DNA of 64,000 nt from Candidatus Multivoradales bacterium (GTDB lineage: Bacteria; Acidobacteriota; Thermoanaerobaculia; Multivoradales; JAHEKO01), in assembly GCA_965223855.1 (NCBI GenBank), contig CBDCXM010000009.1, forward strand, positions 2,016,001 to 2,080,000. Reading direction: 5' to 3'. The notes beneath the pieces are model-generated. The model made no database searches and was not told the DNA's origin. It was given only the letters and a program-made list of their open reading frames with translations. Positions 35,543 to 45,600 of the stretch are shown here, in pieces. The translations under genes and the position numbers were made by a program. Position 1 is the first letter of the stretch, and every line of letters starts with the position of its first letter.

Positions 35543-37984
35543 ATGGCGACCTCCAGACGCAAGCGACCCTCGACCGCCCCCGGCAAGTCGGCTGGCAAGT
35601 CGACCGGGCGGAGCACCGGGCAGAGTACGCGACAGCGGACGAAGCGGCGCCGCCGTGTCGTTCTGACGGCCCTTGCGGTTCTACTCGTCCTGGGGATCGG
35701 CTGGATGGTCTGGCCGTTCTGGCACCTGGCAGGGCAGTTCGCCGACCGTGCGGCGACCCAGCCGACACGTCTCTACGCCAGTCCCGTGAGCCTCGCCGTC
35801 GGGCAGGCGATGTCGCGCTCCGACGTCGTCAGCCGACTCGAGACGGACGGCTATCTCGCGACCGGAGGTGCCGCGCCTGGCCCGGGAGAATTCCGCAGCG
35901 ACGCGGCTCTCGTGGATGCTCACCTGCGGGCGGGGCCGTCGTCGAGCGGTTGGAAGGAGGCGCGCAGGGTCACGATCCGTTTCGCCGGCGGGAGGATCGC
36001 CGAGCTCAGCGAGGCGGGGCGTGAGGTCGATCGGCTTGAGCTCGAGGCGCCGTGGCTCGCGTCTCTCTACGGGCCGGAGCGCAGAGAGCGGCGGCCGGAG
36101 GCGCTCGAGGATCTGCCGGAGCACCTGACGCGCGCCGTCCTAGCCGCGGAGGATGCCCGCTTCTTCGATCATCAGGGGTTCTCGGTGCGCGGCATGGCGA
36201 GGGCGCTGTGGGTCAACGTGCGCGCCGGCGGCGTGCGGCAGGGCGGCAGCACGCTGACCCAGCAGCTGGTGAAGAACCTGTTCCTCACCCACGAACGCAC
36301 CGTCAGCCGGAAGTTGCGGGAGATCGTGCTCGCCGTCCTCGTCGACACCCGCTACTCGAAGCCGGCGATCCTCGGTGCCTACCTCAACGAGATCTACTGG
36401 GGGCAGCGGCACGGTGCCAACCTGATGGGGGTCGGCGCGGCCTCGAACGCCTACTTCGGCAAGGAGGCGTCGCGGCTGACGCTGTGCGAGGCGGCGGTGC
36501 TGGCAGGCATGATTCAGTCGCCCGGTCGCTACGATCCCGGCGTCCACCCCGAGCAGGCGACCGAGCGGCGCAACTGGGTGCTCAGCCGGATGGAGGCGCA
36601 GGAGTGGCTGACACCGGAGCGGGCGGCACGGGCTCGCGAGGAGCCTCTGTGCACCGGGGTCGGCCGCTCACCGCTCGGCGGAGCCTTCTACTTCAGGGAT
36701 CGGGTGCGCGCGGAGCTCGCCGAGCGCTTCTCGATCGACAACCTCGCCGACGGCGGCTACTCGGTGATGACGACTCTCGACCCGCGTCTCCAGGGGCTCG
36801 CCGAGGAGGCGGTGGCGTGGGGTGTGGAAGCGCTGGAGGAGGGGTGGGAGAAGGGCGCCGAGCGCGAGTCGCCGCTTCAGGCCGCCCTGGTTGCCGTCGA
36901 TCCCTCGACCGGTGGGCTGCGCGCCTATGTCGGCGGGCGTGACTATCGCGCCAGCCAGTTCGACCGCGCTTCTCAGGCGCGGCGGCAGGCGGGCAGCGCC
37001 TTCAAGCCGGTGGTCTATGCCGCGGCGTTCGAAGCGGGCTGGAATCCGGCCGACCTCCTGGCCGACGAGCCGCTGACGGTGCGGCGGGCCGGCTCCGGAG
37101 ACTGGCAGCCGCGCAACGACGACGGCCGCTTTCGCGGCTCGGTGTCGGCGCGCCAGGCTCTCGAGCTCAGCCTCAACGTCCCGACGGCGAGATTGGCGCT
37201 CGACGTCGGTCTCGGCGAGGTGGCCGACATGGCGGGCAGACTGGGGGTGCCGCGCCGGCTGCAGCAGGTGCCGTCGATGGCGCTCGGTGCGCTCGAGGTG
37301 ACGCCGCTCGAGCTGGCGACGGTCTACACGACGCTGGCCGGCGGCGGGGTAAGGCGGCCGACCCACGGGGTCGTAGCCGTGCTGTCGCCCGACGGGGAGC
37401 GGCTCGACGGTCGATCGCTGGCGGCGCCCTCGCCGGCGCTGCCCCCCGAGATCGCCTACCTCGTCACGTCGTCGCTCGAGGGGGTGTTCGATCGCGGGAC
37501 CGCAAAGGTGGTGCGCGGGTGGGGGATGACCGATCGTCTGGCAGGCAAGACCGGCACGACCAACGATCGGCGCGACAGCTGGTTCGGCGGCTACGCGCCG
37601 ACCCTGGCGACGCTCGTCTGGGTCGGTTACGACGACAATGCGACGACGAGGCTCTCGGGCGCGCGGGCGGCGTTACCGATCTGGAACCGTTTCATGTGGC
37701 GGGCACGACCCCGGGGCGGCTACCTTCCCGCCACGGCGCCCGACACCGTCGTCTCCGTGGCCGTCGATCCGCTGACCGGCGAGCGTGCCGCGCTCCGCTG
37801 TCCGCAGGTCGAGAGCGAAGTCTTTCCCGCGGACCGAGTTCCCGAGTCGCTATGCCGTCTCCACGCCGGAGCGTTCGAAAGGCGGCAGGAGTGGGAGCGC
37901 GACGACGGCCGGCGCGGGCGCTTCCGTCGTTGGTGGGACAGGGTCTTCCGCGGCCGTCGCAGCGACGACGATCCGCCGAACTGA
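35543..37984 (+). CDS. mrcB: Penicillin-binding protein 1B (UB2H, transglycosylase, transpeptidase)
   Basis: EDARF, GGSTLTQQLVKN, RKLRE, GSAFKP (SxxK), SLN and KTG motifs. Confidence 0.9.
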   Translation: MATSRRKRPSTAPGKSAGKSTGRSTGQSTRQRTKRRRRVVLTALAVLLVLGIGWMVWPFWHLAGQFADRAATQPTRLYASPVSLAVGQAMSRSDVVSRLETDGYLATGGAAPGPGEFRSDAALVDAHLRAGPSSSGWKEARRVTIRFAGGRIAELSEAGREVDRLELEAPWLASLYGPERRERRPEALEDLPEHLTRAVLAAEDARFFDHQGFSVRGMARALWVNVRAGGVRQGGSTLTQQLVKNLFLTHERTVSRKLREIVLAVLVDTRYSKPAILGAYLNEIYWGQRHGANLMGVGAASNAYFGKEASRLTLCEAAVLAGMIQSPGRYDPGVHPEQATERRNWVLSRMEAQEWLTPERAARAREEPLCTGVGRSPLGGAFYFRDRVRAELAERFSIDNLADGGYSVMTTLDPRLQGLAEEAVAWGVEALEEGWEKGAERESPLQAALVAVDPSTGGLRAYVGGRDYRASQFDRASQARRQAGSAFKPVVYAAAFEAGWNPADLLADEPLTVRRAGSGDWQPRNDDGRFRGSVSARQALELSLNVPTARLALDVGLGEVADMAGRLGVPRRLQQVPSMALGALEVTPLELATVYTTLAGGGVRRPTHGVVAVLSPDGERLDGRSLAAPSPALPPEIAYLVTSSLEGVFDRGTAKVVRGWGMTDRLAGKTGTTNDRRDSWFGGYAPTLATLVWVGYDDNATTRLSGARAALPIWNRFMWRARPRGGYLPATAPDTVVSVAVDPLTGERAALRCPQVESEVFPADRVPESLCRLHAGAFERRQEWERDDGRRGRFRRWWDRVFRGRRSDDDPPN

Positions 37985-37992
37985 CAAGAGGC

Positions 37993-39069
37993 TCAGCGCT
38001 GAGGGACGAGCCGCTCGACGATCTCCGTGAGCGCGGCGTTCTGTTCCAGCTCGTCGTCGAGGTGGCGCCGCCAGACCTCCCGAACGACCGACGGGATCGG
38101 CTCGAGCCGGGTGTAGAGGCCCGACACCGCCTCACCGTAGGCGACGTGGCTCGGGTCGACGACCCGACGCATCGTCTCCTCGGCCTGGACGAACATCAGG
38201 GTGTGCGGAATCTCGTAGAGCGCCTCGTCGCCGCGCTCGAGGCCGCGCTGCTCGAGCGCCTCTCTGAGGCGGCCGAAGACAGTCTGCGGTTCGCTCGAAG
38301 GATCCTCGAGGGCGTGGGTCGCCTCGTGGAGGATCAGTTCGAGGAACTGGGAGTCGAGAGAGTCGTCCATCGAAGCGAGCACGCTGACCGGCCGTCCGCC
38401 ACGCAGCGAGTAGGTCATCGCTCCTGGAGGATTCGCCTCGAGGACGAGGAAGACCGGTAGGGTCGTGCGTGGATCGGGGATCGCGAGTGACGTCAGCATG
38501 AAGCGGAACGCCTCCCGGTGTCGGGGCATCAGACGTTCCTCGACCAGGGCCAGCCGCCGCTCGAGGGCCTCTCGACGCGCCGGCCATCTGCTGTCCATGA
38601 ACTCCGGCATCTGACGAGCCAGGGCTCGGGCGAGCTGGACGGCGTCGTCGCGCAACGAGAGAGTGGTGCCGCGGCGCCTGTAGGGCTCAGGGAAGCCGAG
38701 GAAACCCTCCAGTAGCGTCTCGGGCGTCGAGGCGCTGAGCACCCGGGTGTCGATCGGTCCCCAGCCACCGAAGGTTCCGAGCGAGGCCTGGAGCCCGCGG
38801 GCCGCTTCGACCGCGTCCTCGTAGCCATCCCACGGCGGTGCTTCGGCGTCGGCCGCCTGCGCCCGGATCGCGAAGTAGAGGTCGACGAGCGGGTCGATTC
38901 TCAGCTCGAGGTAGTCGAAATCCGGGTCGGGTGAGGGCGAATCGTCCGATGGGCCGATGTCGGGAGCCGCGACAGCCGCCGGTTCTCCGGCGCTCGCCGG
39001 GGACATCCCCGAGAGGAAGCTCAGGACGAGGACCAGGGGGCAGATCCGTGACCGGCGCGGGGCGAACAT
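37993..39069 (-). CDS. Exported hypothetical protein with HEXXH zincin motif
   Basis: Signal peptide; LILHEATHALE; leaderless-type -10 box upstream. Confidence 0.7.
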   Translation of the reverse strand: MFAPRRSRICPLVLVLSFLSGMSPASAGEPAAVAAPDIGPSDDSPSPDPDFDYLELRIDPLVDLYFAIRAQAADAEAPPWDGYEDAVEAARGLQASLGTFGGWGPIDTRVLSASTPETLLEGFLGFPEPYRRRGTTLSLRDDAVQLARALARQMPEFMDSRWPARREALERRLALVEERLMPRHREAFRFMLTSLAIPDPRTTLPVFLVLEANPPGAMTYSLRGGRPVSVLASMDDSLDSQFLELILHEATHALEDPSSEPQTVFGRLREALEQRGLERGDEALYEIPHTLMFVQAEETMRRVVDPSHVAYGEAVSGLYTRLEPIPSVVREVWRRHLDDELEQNAALTEIVERLVPQR

Positions 39070-39177
39070 GGGCGGCAGGCTAGCAGGCGCCCATGAGGAG
39101 ATCCCGCGGTTCGGTATGCTGGCGAGCTTCGGTCGGCGCGCTCCCGCGGGCGCCCTCGACCGTAGGGACCCGCCACC

Positions 39178-42015
39178 ATGACCGCGCCGACCGCCATCGA
39201 GGTCTACGGAGCTCGAACGCACAACCTGAAGGGGGTGGACTGCCGCATTCCCCATGGCCGTGTGACGGTCGTGACCGGCCCTTCGGGAGCCGGGAAGTCG
39301 TCGCTCGCCTTCGACACGGTGTTCGCGGAGGGGCAGCGGCGCTTCGTCGAGTCGATGTCGACCTACGCCCGGCAGTTCCTCGACCAGATGGAGCGGCCAC
39401 CGGTCGAGGACCTCGTCGGTGTGCTGCCGGCGGTGGCACTCGAGGCTCGCAACTCGGTGCGCAACGCCCGCTCGACGGTCGGCACCCTGACGGAGATCCA
39501 CGATGTGCTGCGCCTGCTCTTCACTCACCTCGGTCAAGTGCAGTGCCCGGCGGGCCACGGTGCGGCCGTGGCGACGACTCCCGCGGCCGCTGCCGGAGAG
39601 CTCGTGGAGGGAGCCGCCGGTGACAGCTTCCTCGTGCTCGCTCCTGTGGCCCGGCCCCGAAAGGGAGCCTCGAAGGCGCTGCGCGAGCTGGTGCGTCAGG
39701 GCTTCGGCCGACGGCTCGAAGGCGACGAGATCGTGCGGCTCGACTCGAAATCGGTTTGGCCGGCGGACTTCGATCCGCTCCCTCTGGTGCTCGGCCGGTT
39801 CCGCGCCGGAGGGGACAACCTCTCGCGTGTCACCGCGGCCGTCGAGGAGGCGTACCGGCTCGCTCGCGGGCGGGCGATCGGTCACGGCGAGGCGGTCCGA
39901 CACTTCAGCGCCGCTCCCGGCTGTCCGCGGTGCGGCATCGCGTTGCGGCGACCGGTGCCGGCGCTCTTCTCCTTCAACTCCCCGCTCGGCGCCTGCGCGG
40001 AGTGCCAGGGGTTCGGGCGGGTGATCGGCGTCGATCCCGGCCGCGTCGTGCCGGATCCCTCGCGAACCCTCGAAGAGCATCCGATCGCTCCCTGGAACAC
40101 GCCGGCCTACAGGAAGCACTACAAGAAGCTCTTCGCCGCCTGCCGCGAGGCCGGAGTGCCGCTCGACGTGCCATGGGCACGGCTGTCCGAGGCCGCGCGG
40201 GCGTTCGTCTGGGAGGGCAAGGGGCCGTTCCAGAGTGTGGCGAAGTTCTTCGCCCGCCTCGAGCGCAAGGCGTACCGGGTTCACGTGCGGGTGATGCTGG
40301 CGAAGTACCGCTCGTACGATCCGTGCCCGACCTGCCGCGGATCGCGCCTGCGGGCCGAGGCGCTCAGCGTCACGGTCCTCGACCGGACCCTGCCGTCCCT
40401 GACGAAGCTCAGTCTCGAGACGCTGCGGGGGTGGCTGGCCGAGGCACCGTGGAGCAAGCGCCAGCGGGAGGTCGCCGGACATCTGATCGAGCAGCTCGAA
40501 CACCGGGTAGCGGTGCTCCATCAGGTCGGGCTCGACTATCTGACGCTCGACCGCCAGGCGCGGACTCTCTCCGGCGGGGAGACGCAGCGGATTCATCTCG
40601 CCGCCTCGCTCGGGTCGGGCCTCACGCACACCCTTTACGTTCTCGATGAGCCGACGATCGGCCTGCACACGCGCGACAGTGAGCGGCTCCTGGCTCTGCT
40701 GCGGCAACTGGCGAAGCGCGGCAACACGGTGCTCGTGGTCGAGCACGACCGCACCATGATCGAAGGGGCCGACCACGTCATCGATCTCGGTCCGGCGGCC
40801 GGCGAGGGTGGGGGAGAGCTGATCGCCGAAGGCACGCCGGCCGAGATCCGTGCCTCCGAGACTTCGCTGACCGCCCGATACCTGCGGCGCCCGACCCGGG
40901 CCGAGGCCTCGCGACGCCACCTCGATCGCCGACGGCGGGAACTGGGACGTCGGCCGCTGGAGGCCCGGCTCGAGGAGCTGCCGCGCGTATCCATCCGCGG
41001 CGCCCGTGAGCACAACCTGGAGGGGATCGACGTCGACTTCCCGCTGGGCGCCCTGGTGGCGGTCACCGGCGTGTCGGGATCCGGGAAGTCGACGCTCATC
41101 GGCGACGTGCTGTTCGGCAACTACCAGCGCAGCATCGGCATTCCCGACGCCGAGCCGGGAGCGTGCGACGGCATCGAGGGGCTCGACGAGGTCGCCTACG
41201 TAGCGAGCGTCGATCAGCATCCGCTCGGCCGCTCGAGTCGGTCGAACCCGGTGACCTACCTCAAGGCGTACGACGCGATCCGCCGCGCCTTCGCCGAGGA
41301 GCCGGAGGCGAAGGCGGCCGGGATCACCCCGGGGCACTTCTCGTTCAACGTCGCCAAGGGGCGCTGCCCGGATTGCGAGGGGACGGGTGCGCTCGAGATC
41401 GACATGCAGTTCATGGCGCCGGTGTCGGTGCCTTGCGACCGCTGCCAGGGGCGGCGGTTCCAGCGACGGGTGATGGCGATCCGTCATCGCGGCCTCGACA
41501 TCGCGCAGACGCTGGAGCTCACCGTGCAGCAGGCGACCGCGCACTTCGAGGGGCAGCGCGGCCTCGTGAAGAAGCTCGGTCGGCTCATCGACGTCGGCCT
41601 CGGCTATCTGCGTCTGGGCCAGCCGACCGCCACGCTGTCGGGCGGCGAGGCGCAGCGTCTCAAGCTCGCTTCGTTCCTCGACCGGCCGCGCGCCGAGGGG
41701 AGGCGCCTGCTGCTGTTCGACGAACCGACGACCGGGCTGCATCTCTCCGACATCGATCAGCTCTACCGCACCCTGCGGCAGCTCGTGACGCGGGGGGACG
41801 GCCTGGTGGTGGTCGAGCACAATCTCGACCTGATCGCGCGTGCCGACTGGATCGTCGACCTCGGTCCCGGCGGCGGTGTACATGGCGGCCGACTGCTCTA
41901 TTCCGGCCCTCTCGAGCCGTTCCTCGACGGCGTGGACAGCCCTTCCGCCGACGCCTTGCGGGCACACCTCGGCCGCAGTCGAGTGCCGTCCGCTTCGGCC
42001 GCTCGGGCAGGCTAA
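39178..42015 (+). CDS. uvrA: Excinuclease ABC subunit A (divergent, possibly a second copy)
   Basis: [22 protein letters not shown]…EGQRR, LSGGE twice, Zn-finger CxxC pairs. Confidence 0.93.
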   Translation: MTAPTAIEVYGARTHNLKGVDCRIPHGRVTVVTGPSGAGKSSLAFDTVFAEGQRRFVESMSTYARQFLDQMERPPVEDLVGVLPAVALEARNSVRNARSTVGTLTEIHDVLRLLFTHLGQVQCPAGHGAAVATTPAAAAGELVEGAAGDSFLVLAPVARPRKGASKALRELVRQGFGRRLEGDEIVRLDSKSVWPADFDPLPLVLGRFRAGGDNLSRVTAAVEEAYRLARGRAIGHGEAVRHFSAAPGCPRCGIALRRPVPALFSFNSPLGACAECQGFGRVIGVDPGRVVPDPSRTLEEHPIAPWNTPAYRKHYKKLFAACREAGVPLDVPWARLSEAARAFVWEGKGPFQSVAKFFARLERKAYRVHVRVMLAKYRSYDPCPTCRGSRLRAEALSVTVLDRTLPSLTKLSLETLRGWLAEAPWSKRQREVAGHLIEQLEHRVAVLHQVGLDYLTLDRQARTLSGGETQRIHLAASLGSGLTHTLYVLDEPTIGLHTRDSERLLALLRQLAKRGNTVLVVEHDRTMIEGADHVIDLGPAAGEGGGELIAEGTPAEIRASETSLTARYLRRPTRAEASRRHLDRRRRELGRRPLEARLEELPRVSIRGAREHNLEGIDVDFPLGALVAVTGVSGSGKSTLIGDVLFGNYQRSIGIPDAEPGACDGIEGLDEVAYVASVDQHPLGRSSRSNPVTYLKAYDAIRRAFAEEPEAKAAGITPGHFSFNVAKGRCPDCEGTGALEIDMQFMAPVSVPCDRCQGRRFQRRVMAIRHRGLDIAQTLELTVQQATAHFEGQRGLVKKLGRLIDVGLGYLRLGQPTATLSGGEAQRLKLASFLDRPRAEGRRLLLFDEPTTGLHLSDIDQLYRTLRQLVTRGDGLVVVEHNLDLIARADWIVDLGPGGGVHGGRLLYSGPLEPFLDGVDSPSADALRAHLGRSRVPSASAARAG

Positions 42016-42025
42016 GATCCGCGTC

Positions 42026-42982
42026 GTGGGAATCCTCAACGAGCGTCGTCGCGGCTGGCTCGGCACCCTCGGTGCCGTGCTGCTGGGAGTGGTGCTGCTG
42101 GTGGCCGCGTGGACGAAGGCGATTCACCCGGACGCGTTCGTCGAGCAGATCGCTGCGGAAGGGCTCGACTTCTGGCTGTCGGCGCGCACCGTGGCGTACG
42201 TGGCGCTGGCGGTCGAGATCTTCCTCGGCATCGCGCTGCTGCTCAACGTTCGCCGCTGGTGGGTGCTCGCCCCCGCGGCGGCCCTGGTGGTGTTCTTCCT
42301 GTTCCTCACCGGAAAGGCCTACGTCGCCGACCTGCGCGGGCTCGAGCCCGCCTCGGAAAGCTGCGGCTGTTTCGGCAACCTCGTCGACCGGACGCCGGCT
42401 GAGGCCTTCTGGGGAGATCTGCTGCTGCTCGTGCCGCCGCTGCTGCTCGCCTGGTTCGCCCGACCCGGCGCCGAGTCGGCGACCTGGCGGACGACCGCTG
42501 CCGGCGCTCTGGCGCTGGCCGGCGTCGGCTTCGCGACGAAGGCGCCCGAGCTGCCGCTCGACGACCTGGCGACGCGGTTGAAGCCGGGGGTCGAGACGCA
42601 CGACCTGTGTGCGGGGAGACCCGACGACGTCGAGTACGTCTGCCTCGACGCGCTCGTGCCGGAGCTCGACGACGGGGAGCACTGGGTCGTTCTCACCCAG
42701 TTGGCGGAGCCGGCGTTCCTCGAGGGGGTGACGCCGATCCACGAGCACACCCTTGCGGCGGTCGACCCTCCGGTCTGGCTGGTGAGCGACGTCGAACCGG
42801 AGGCGCTCAACATCTTCACCTGGCAGCACATGATGGCGACCGAGGTTCGACTGGTGCCACCGTCTCTCATGAGCCCGCTGTTCCGCGCCCTGCCGCGGTC
42901 GTTCAGGGTCGTCGACGGCGAGGTCGTCGAGACCCTTCAGGGAATGCCGCCACTGGCGGCATCGGTTGCTCCCGCCGGCTGA
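42026..42982 (+). CDS. MauE/DoxX family membrane protein with C-terminal soluble domain
   Basis: Several TM helices and the SCGCFG motif. Confidence 0.8.
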   Translation: MGILNERRRGWLGTLGAVLLGVVLLVAAWTKAIHPDAFVEQIAAEGLDFWLSARTVAYVALAVEIFLGIALLLNVRRWWVLAPAAALVVFFLFLTGKAYVADLRGLEPASESCGCFGNLVDRTPAEAFWGDLLLLVPPLLLAWFARPGAESATWRTTAAGALALAGVGFATKAPELPLDDLATRLKPGVETHDLCAGRPDDVEYVCLDALVPELDDGEHWVVLTQLAEPAFLEGVTPIHEHTLAAVDPPVWLVSDVEPEALNIFTWQHMMATEVRLVPPSLMSPLFRALPRSFRVVDGEVVETLQGMPPLAASVAPAG

Positions 42983-43043
42983 ATCGACACCCGATTCGTC
43001 GATCGAGCCGCCCTGCTAAGCTCCCCCGCCGGAGGAATTTGCC

Positions 43044-43850
43044 GTGTCGAAGAACCGTTTCGCCCCGATCGCCCTCACACTTCTCGTCGCTCTCGCTCTG
43101 CCCCTGCCGGCCGCCGCTCAGCCGGCGATGGAAGGCTTCGTGTCGATCGACAAGTTCATCTTCCTGGTCGCCGGGGAGGAGAGCCGGGACGCGGAGATCT
43201 ATCAGTCCCAGGCCGCAGGCGCGTTCCTGGTGATCGCGCCGGAGTTCGAGTCTCCGATCCTCGTTCAGGCGCGCGCCGCGACCGTGTCGACCGTCAACCT
43301 GATGAAGGTCGACAAGCAGGCCGACGGCCGTGTCCGGCTTCTGGAAGGGGCCTCGCTCGCCGCGCTCGGGAGGTTCTCCATCGCCGGCGACGGGATCGAG
43401 TTCGAGGTCGACGGCACCCCGGTCGAGCTGCGCAACAAGCCTTGGCTCCTGGGGGCGCAGGATCTCGAGGGAATGCGGGCCTACAGTGCCGACTACCGCC
43501 GCGGCGCCGCCGCCTACGAGGTGTCGGGGCCGGTGGTCGACAGCCTCAAGAGCGAGTCGAGGTCGGTCGAGGTGAAGGTCTTCTTCGGCACCTGGTGCCC
43601 GCACTGCCAGCAGGTGCTGCCGCGGGTGCTGCGGGTGGCGGAAGAGCTGGTCGGCAGCCAGGTCGAGCTGTCGTTCTACGGCCTGCCGCAGGGCGCCGGG
43701 TTCACCAATGACGCGCTCGTGCAGCGCTTCGACATCGACGCCGTGCCGACCGGGGTGGTGCTCGTCGACGGCGAGGAGGTAGGCCGGATCTCCGGCTCGG
43801 GGTGGAAGATCCCGGAGCAGACGATTCAGAACCTCCTTCAGGGTCCCTGA
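43044..43850 (+). CDS. Exported thioredoxin-family protein
   Basis: Signal peptide; FGTWCPHC and VPT cis-Pro motifs; GGAGG SD. Confidence 0.85.
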   Translation: MSKNRFAPIALTLLVALALPLPAAAQPAMEGFVSIDKFIFLVAGEESRDAEIYQSQAAGAFLVIAPEFESPILVQARAATVSTVNLMKVDKQADGRVRLLEGASLAALGRFSIAGDGIEFEVDGTPVELRNKPWLLGAQDLEGMRAYSADYRRGAAAYEVSGPVVDSLKSESRSVEVKVFFGTWCPHCQQVLPRVLRVAEELVGSQVELSFYGLPQGAGFTNDALVQRFDIDAVPTGVVLVDGEEVGRISGSGWKIPEQTIQNLLQGP

Positions 43851-45088
43851 GCCGAGTCCTCCTCGGATACGGGCTCTGCCGCCGGGCGCGTAGCGGAGCC
43901 TGCGGACGGCTCGAGGAGCTCGCCGCCGACGAACCGCTCGAACGAGTGGCGTAGCTCCTGGTCGGCTTGAAGCCTCTCGAGCCTCTCGCCGGCGAGCGGT
44001 CCCTCGATCGCCTCGCCGGCCCAGGAGAACCGGCTGCCGGAGGCCTCGTCGATCAGAGCTCCCGAGTCGTCGAGAGTGAGCGTGAGCGTGAGCGTGGCGT
44101 CGCCGACTCGCCGATCCCAGGCCCGGAACGAAGTGAGATCGCCGTCGAGGTGGACCGCCCAGGGAACGCCGGCGCGCTCGCCTTGGAGCAACCGACGCTC
44201 GCTGAGTGCGCTCCAGGGGTAGGCGACCGTCTCCTCTCCGGCGTGCACGACGACCAGCCACTCCCATCCGGGCCCTCGCTCGGCGGACTCCTCGGGGGTG
44301 GCGGAGTCGAATTCGTGGAAGCGATAGAGCTGATACCAGTCGCCGGTCTCCTCGTCAGGCTGCATCACGAGCGACTGCGGGTGCAGTTGCAGCCAGCGCG
44401 CCAGGGTCATCTGATCGGTGGGCAGCGCCTGAAGGGTCGTCCCCTCGAGCGGTCCGGCTGCGGCGCGGCCCGAGGCCTGGTACCACCAGGTGCGGGTATC
44501 GAGATCCTCCAGCACGGAGTTGAAACGGTTGGCGGCGACCGTCCGGAACGTGAGGTGACGATCGTCTACGAGGGTTCGGTAGAGACGGCCGGAGCGGCAC
44601 ATCGTGCAGTAGGTGACCGCGATCGGCTCTCCTCCAACCTGGTCATGAACCACATGGTGGTAGGCGACCAGACGGATGGGGTACGCCTTGGTCTCGCCGT
44701 TGAGAGAGATTCCGAGGACCAGGGTCTCGGGAGGGAGATCCTCGGAGGTGCCCGTCGCGAACTGCGGTGAGCTCAGCGGACGGAAGAGCTCGGTCGGGTC
44801 GGAGCGGGCGGCGAAGCGAAAGACGAACACGCCCAACAGGAGCAGGACCACGGCGGTCGCCACCGGCCACCACGACTTGCGCTGACGCCAGATCCCCGCG
44901 AGCCCCATGGCGAGACAGGCGGCGCCCAGGCCGTAGGCGAGCCAACCCGTATGAGCCAGGAGCCGGACGAATCCGATGGAGTCCATCGTCTGACTGCCCG
45001 GAGCGGGCATCGACAGGTAGGTGAGGGCGAAACGGCGACCGGCGGTCAGCAGGAGACCGCACGTCAGCCATACGAAGGATCGCAACAT
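43838..45088 (-). CDS. DUF3179 domain membrane protein
   Basis: KAYPIR…HHVVHD…VTYCTMCRSG…D..T.TWW.Q..G.A..GPL motifs. Confidence 0.8.
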   Translation of the reverse strand: MLRSFVWLTCGLLLTAGRRFALTYLSMPAPGSQTMDSIGFVRLLAHTGWLAYGLGAACLAMGLAGIWRQRKSWWPVATAVVLLLLGVFVFRFAARSDPTELFRPLSSPQFATGTSEDLPPETLVLGISLNGETKAYPIRLVAYHHVVHDQVGGEPIAVTYCTMCRSGRLYRTLVDDRHLTFRTVAANRFNSVLEDLDTRTWWYQASGRAAAGPLEGTTLQALPTDQMTLARWLQLHPQSLVMQPDEETGDWYQLYRFHEFDSATPEESAERGPGWEWLVVVHAGEETVAYPWSALSERRLLQGERAGVPWAVHLDGDLTSFRAWDRRVGDATLTLTLTLDDSGALIDEASGSRFSWAGEAIEGPLAGERLERLQADQELRHSFERFVGGELLEPSAGSATRPAAEPVSEEDSAQGP

Positions 45089-45210
45089 CGGTCACTCCTG
45101 ACGGTACGTTTGCCTGTGGCGACTCTTGCGCGGGAGTCTTGCACACCGCTCCGGGCCTTCCCCCTGTCCGCGAAGGCCCGCGGCGCGGACTCGGGCCGGT
45201 AGAGGGAGCG

Positions 45211-45600
45211 TCAGGATCGCGTGTATCGCAGGGTCTCGACCTCGTCGCTCGACAGGGCGCCGATCTCGAGAAACATCGGCGAGTGGTCGTCGTCGTGGCG
45301 GAGCGCGAGATAGGCGAGCGCCTCGCCGCGCCGCCACACGGCGAGCACGAGTGCCTCGCTCCACTCGGGGAAGTCGTCGGCATCGACGGCGCCGTCGAAC
45401 TCCGGGTCTCCCCAGGCTCGGGTGAGGTCCTCGACCGCCTGCCGGTGATCGGCGACGAAGTCGTCGAAGACGGCATCGACCTCGCTGTCTTCGAGCTCAC
45501 CGCTCTCGAACCGATCGTCGATCCGCAGATGGGCGGCGTCGGCGCCGGGCACGGCTTCGAGCAGGGTCTCGAGGGCTTCGACGATGCGCGGTTCGCTCAC
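45211..45600 (-). CDS. Small acidic hypothetical protein
   Basis: GGAGG SD; GTGA-coupled to the luxC-like gene; typical codon usage. Confidence 0.65.
   Translation of the reverse strand: MSEPRIVEALETLLEAVPGADAAHLRIDDRFESGELEDSEVDAVFDDFVADHRQAVEDLTRAWGDPEFDGAVDADDFPEWSEALVLAVWRRGEALAYLALRHDDDHSPMFLEIGALSSDEVETLRYTRS

Noticed and set aside
39070-42066. 1357-aa minus-strand ORF
   Set aside because: This part is the antisense shadow of uvrA, a common artefact in high-GC DNA.
44075-44098. (GTGAGC)n hexamer run
   Set aside because: Encodes an LTLTLTL beta-strand in frame; a trivial microsatellite.
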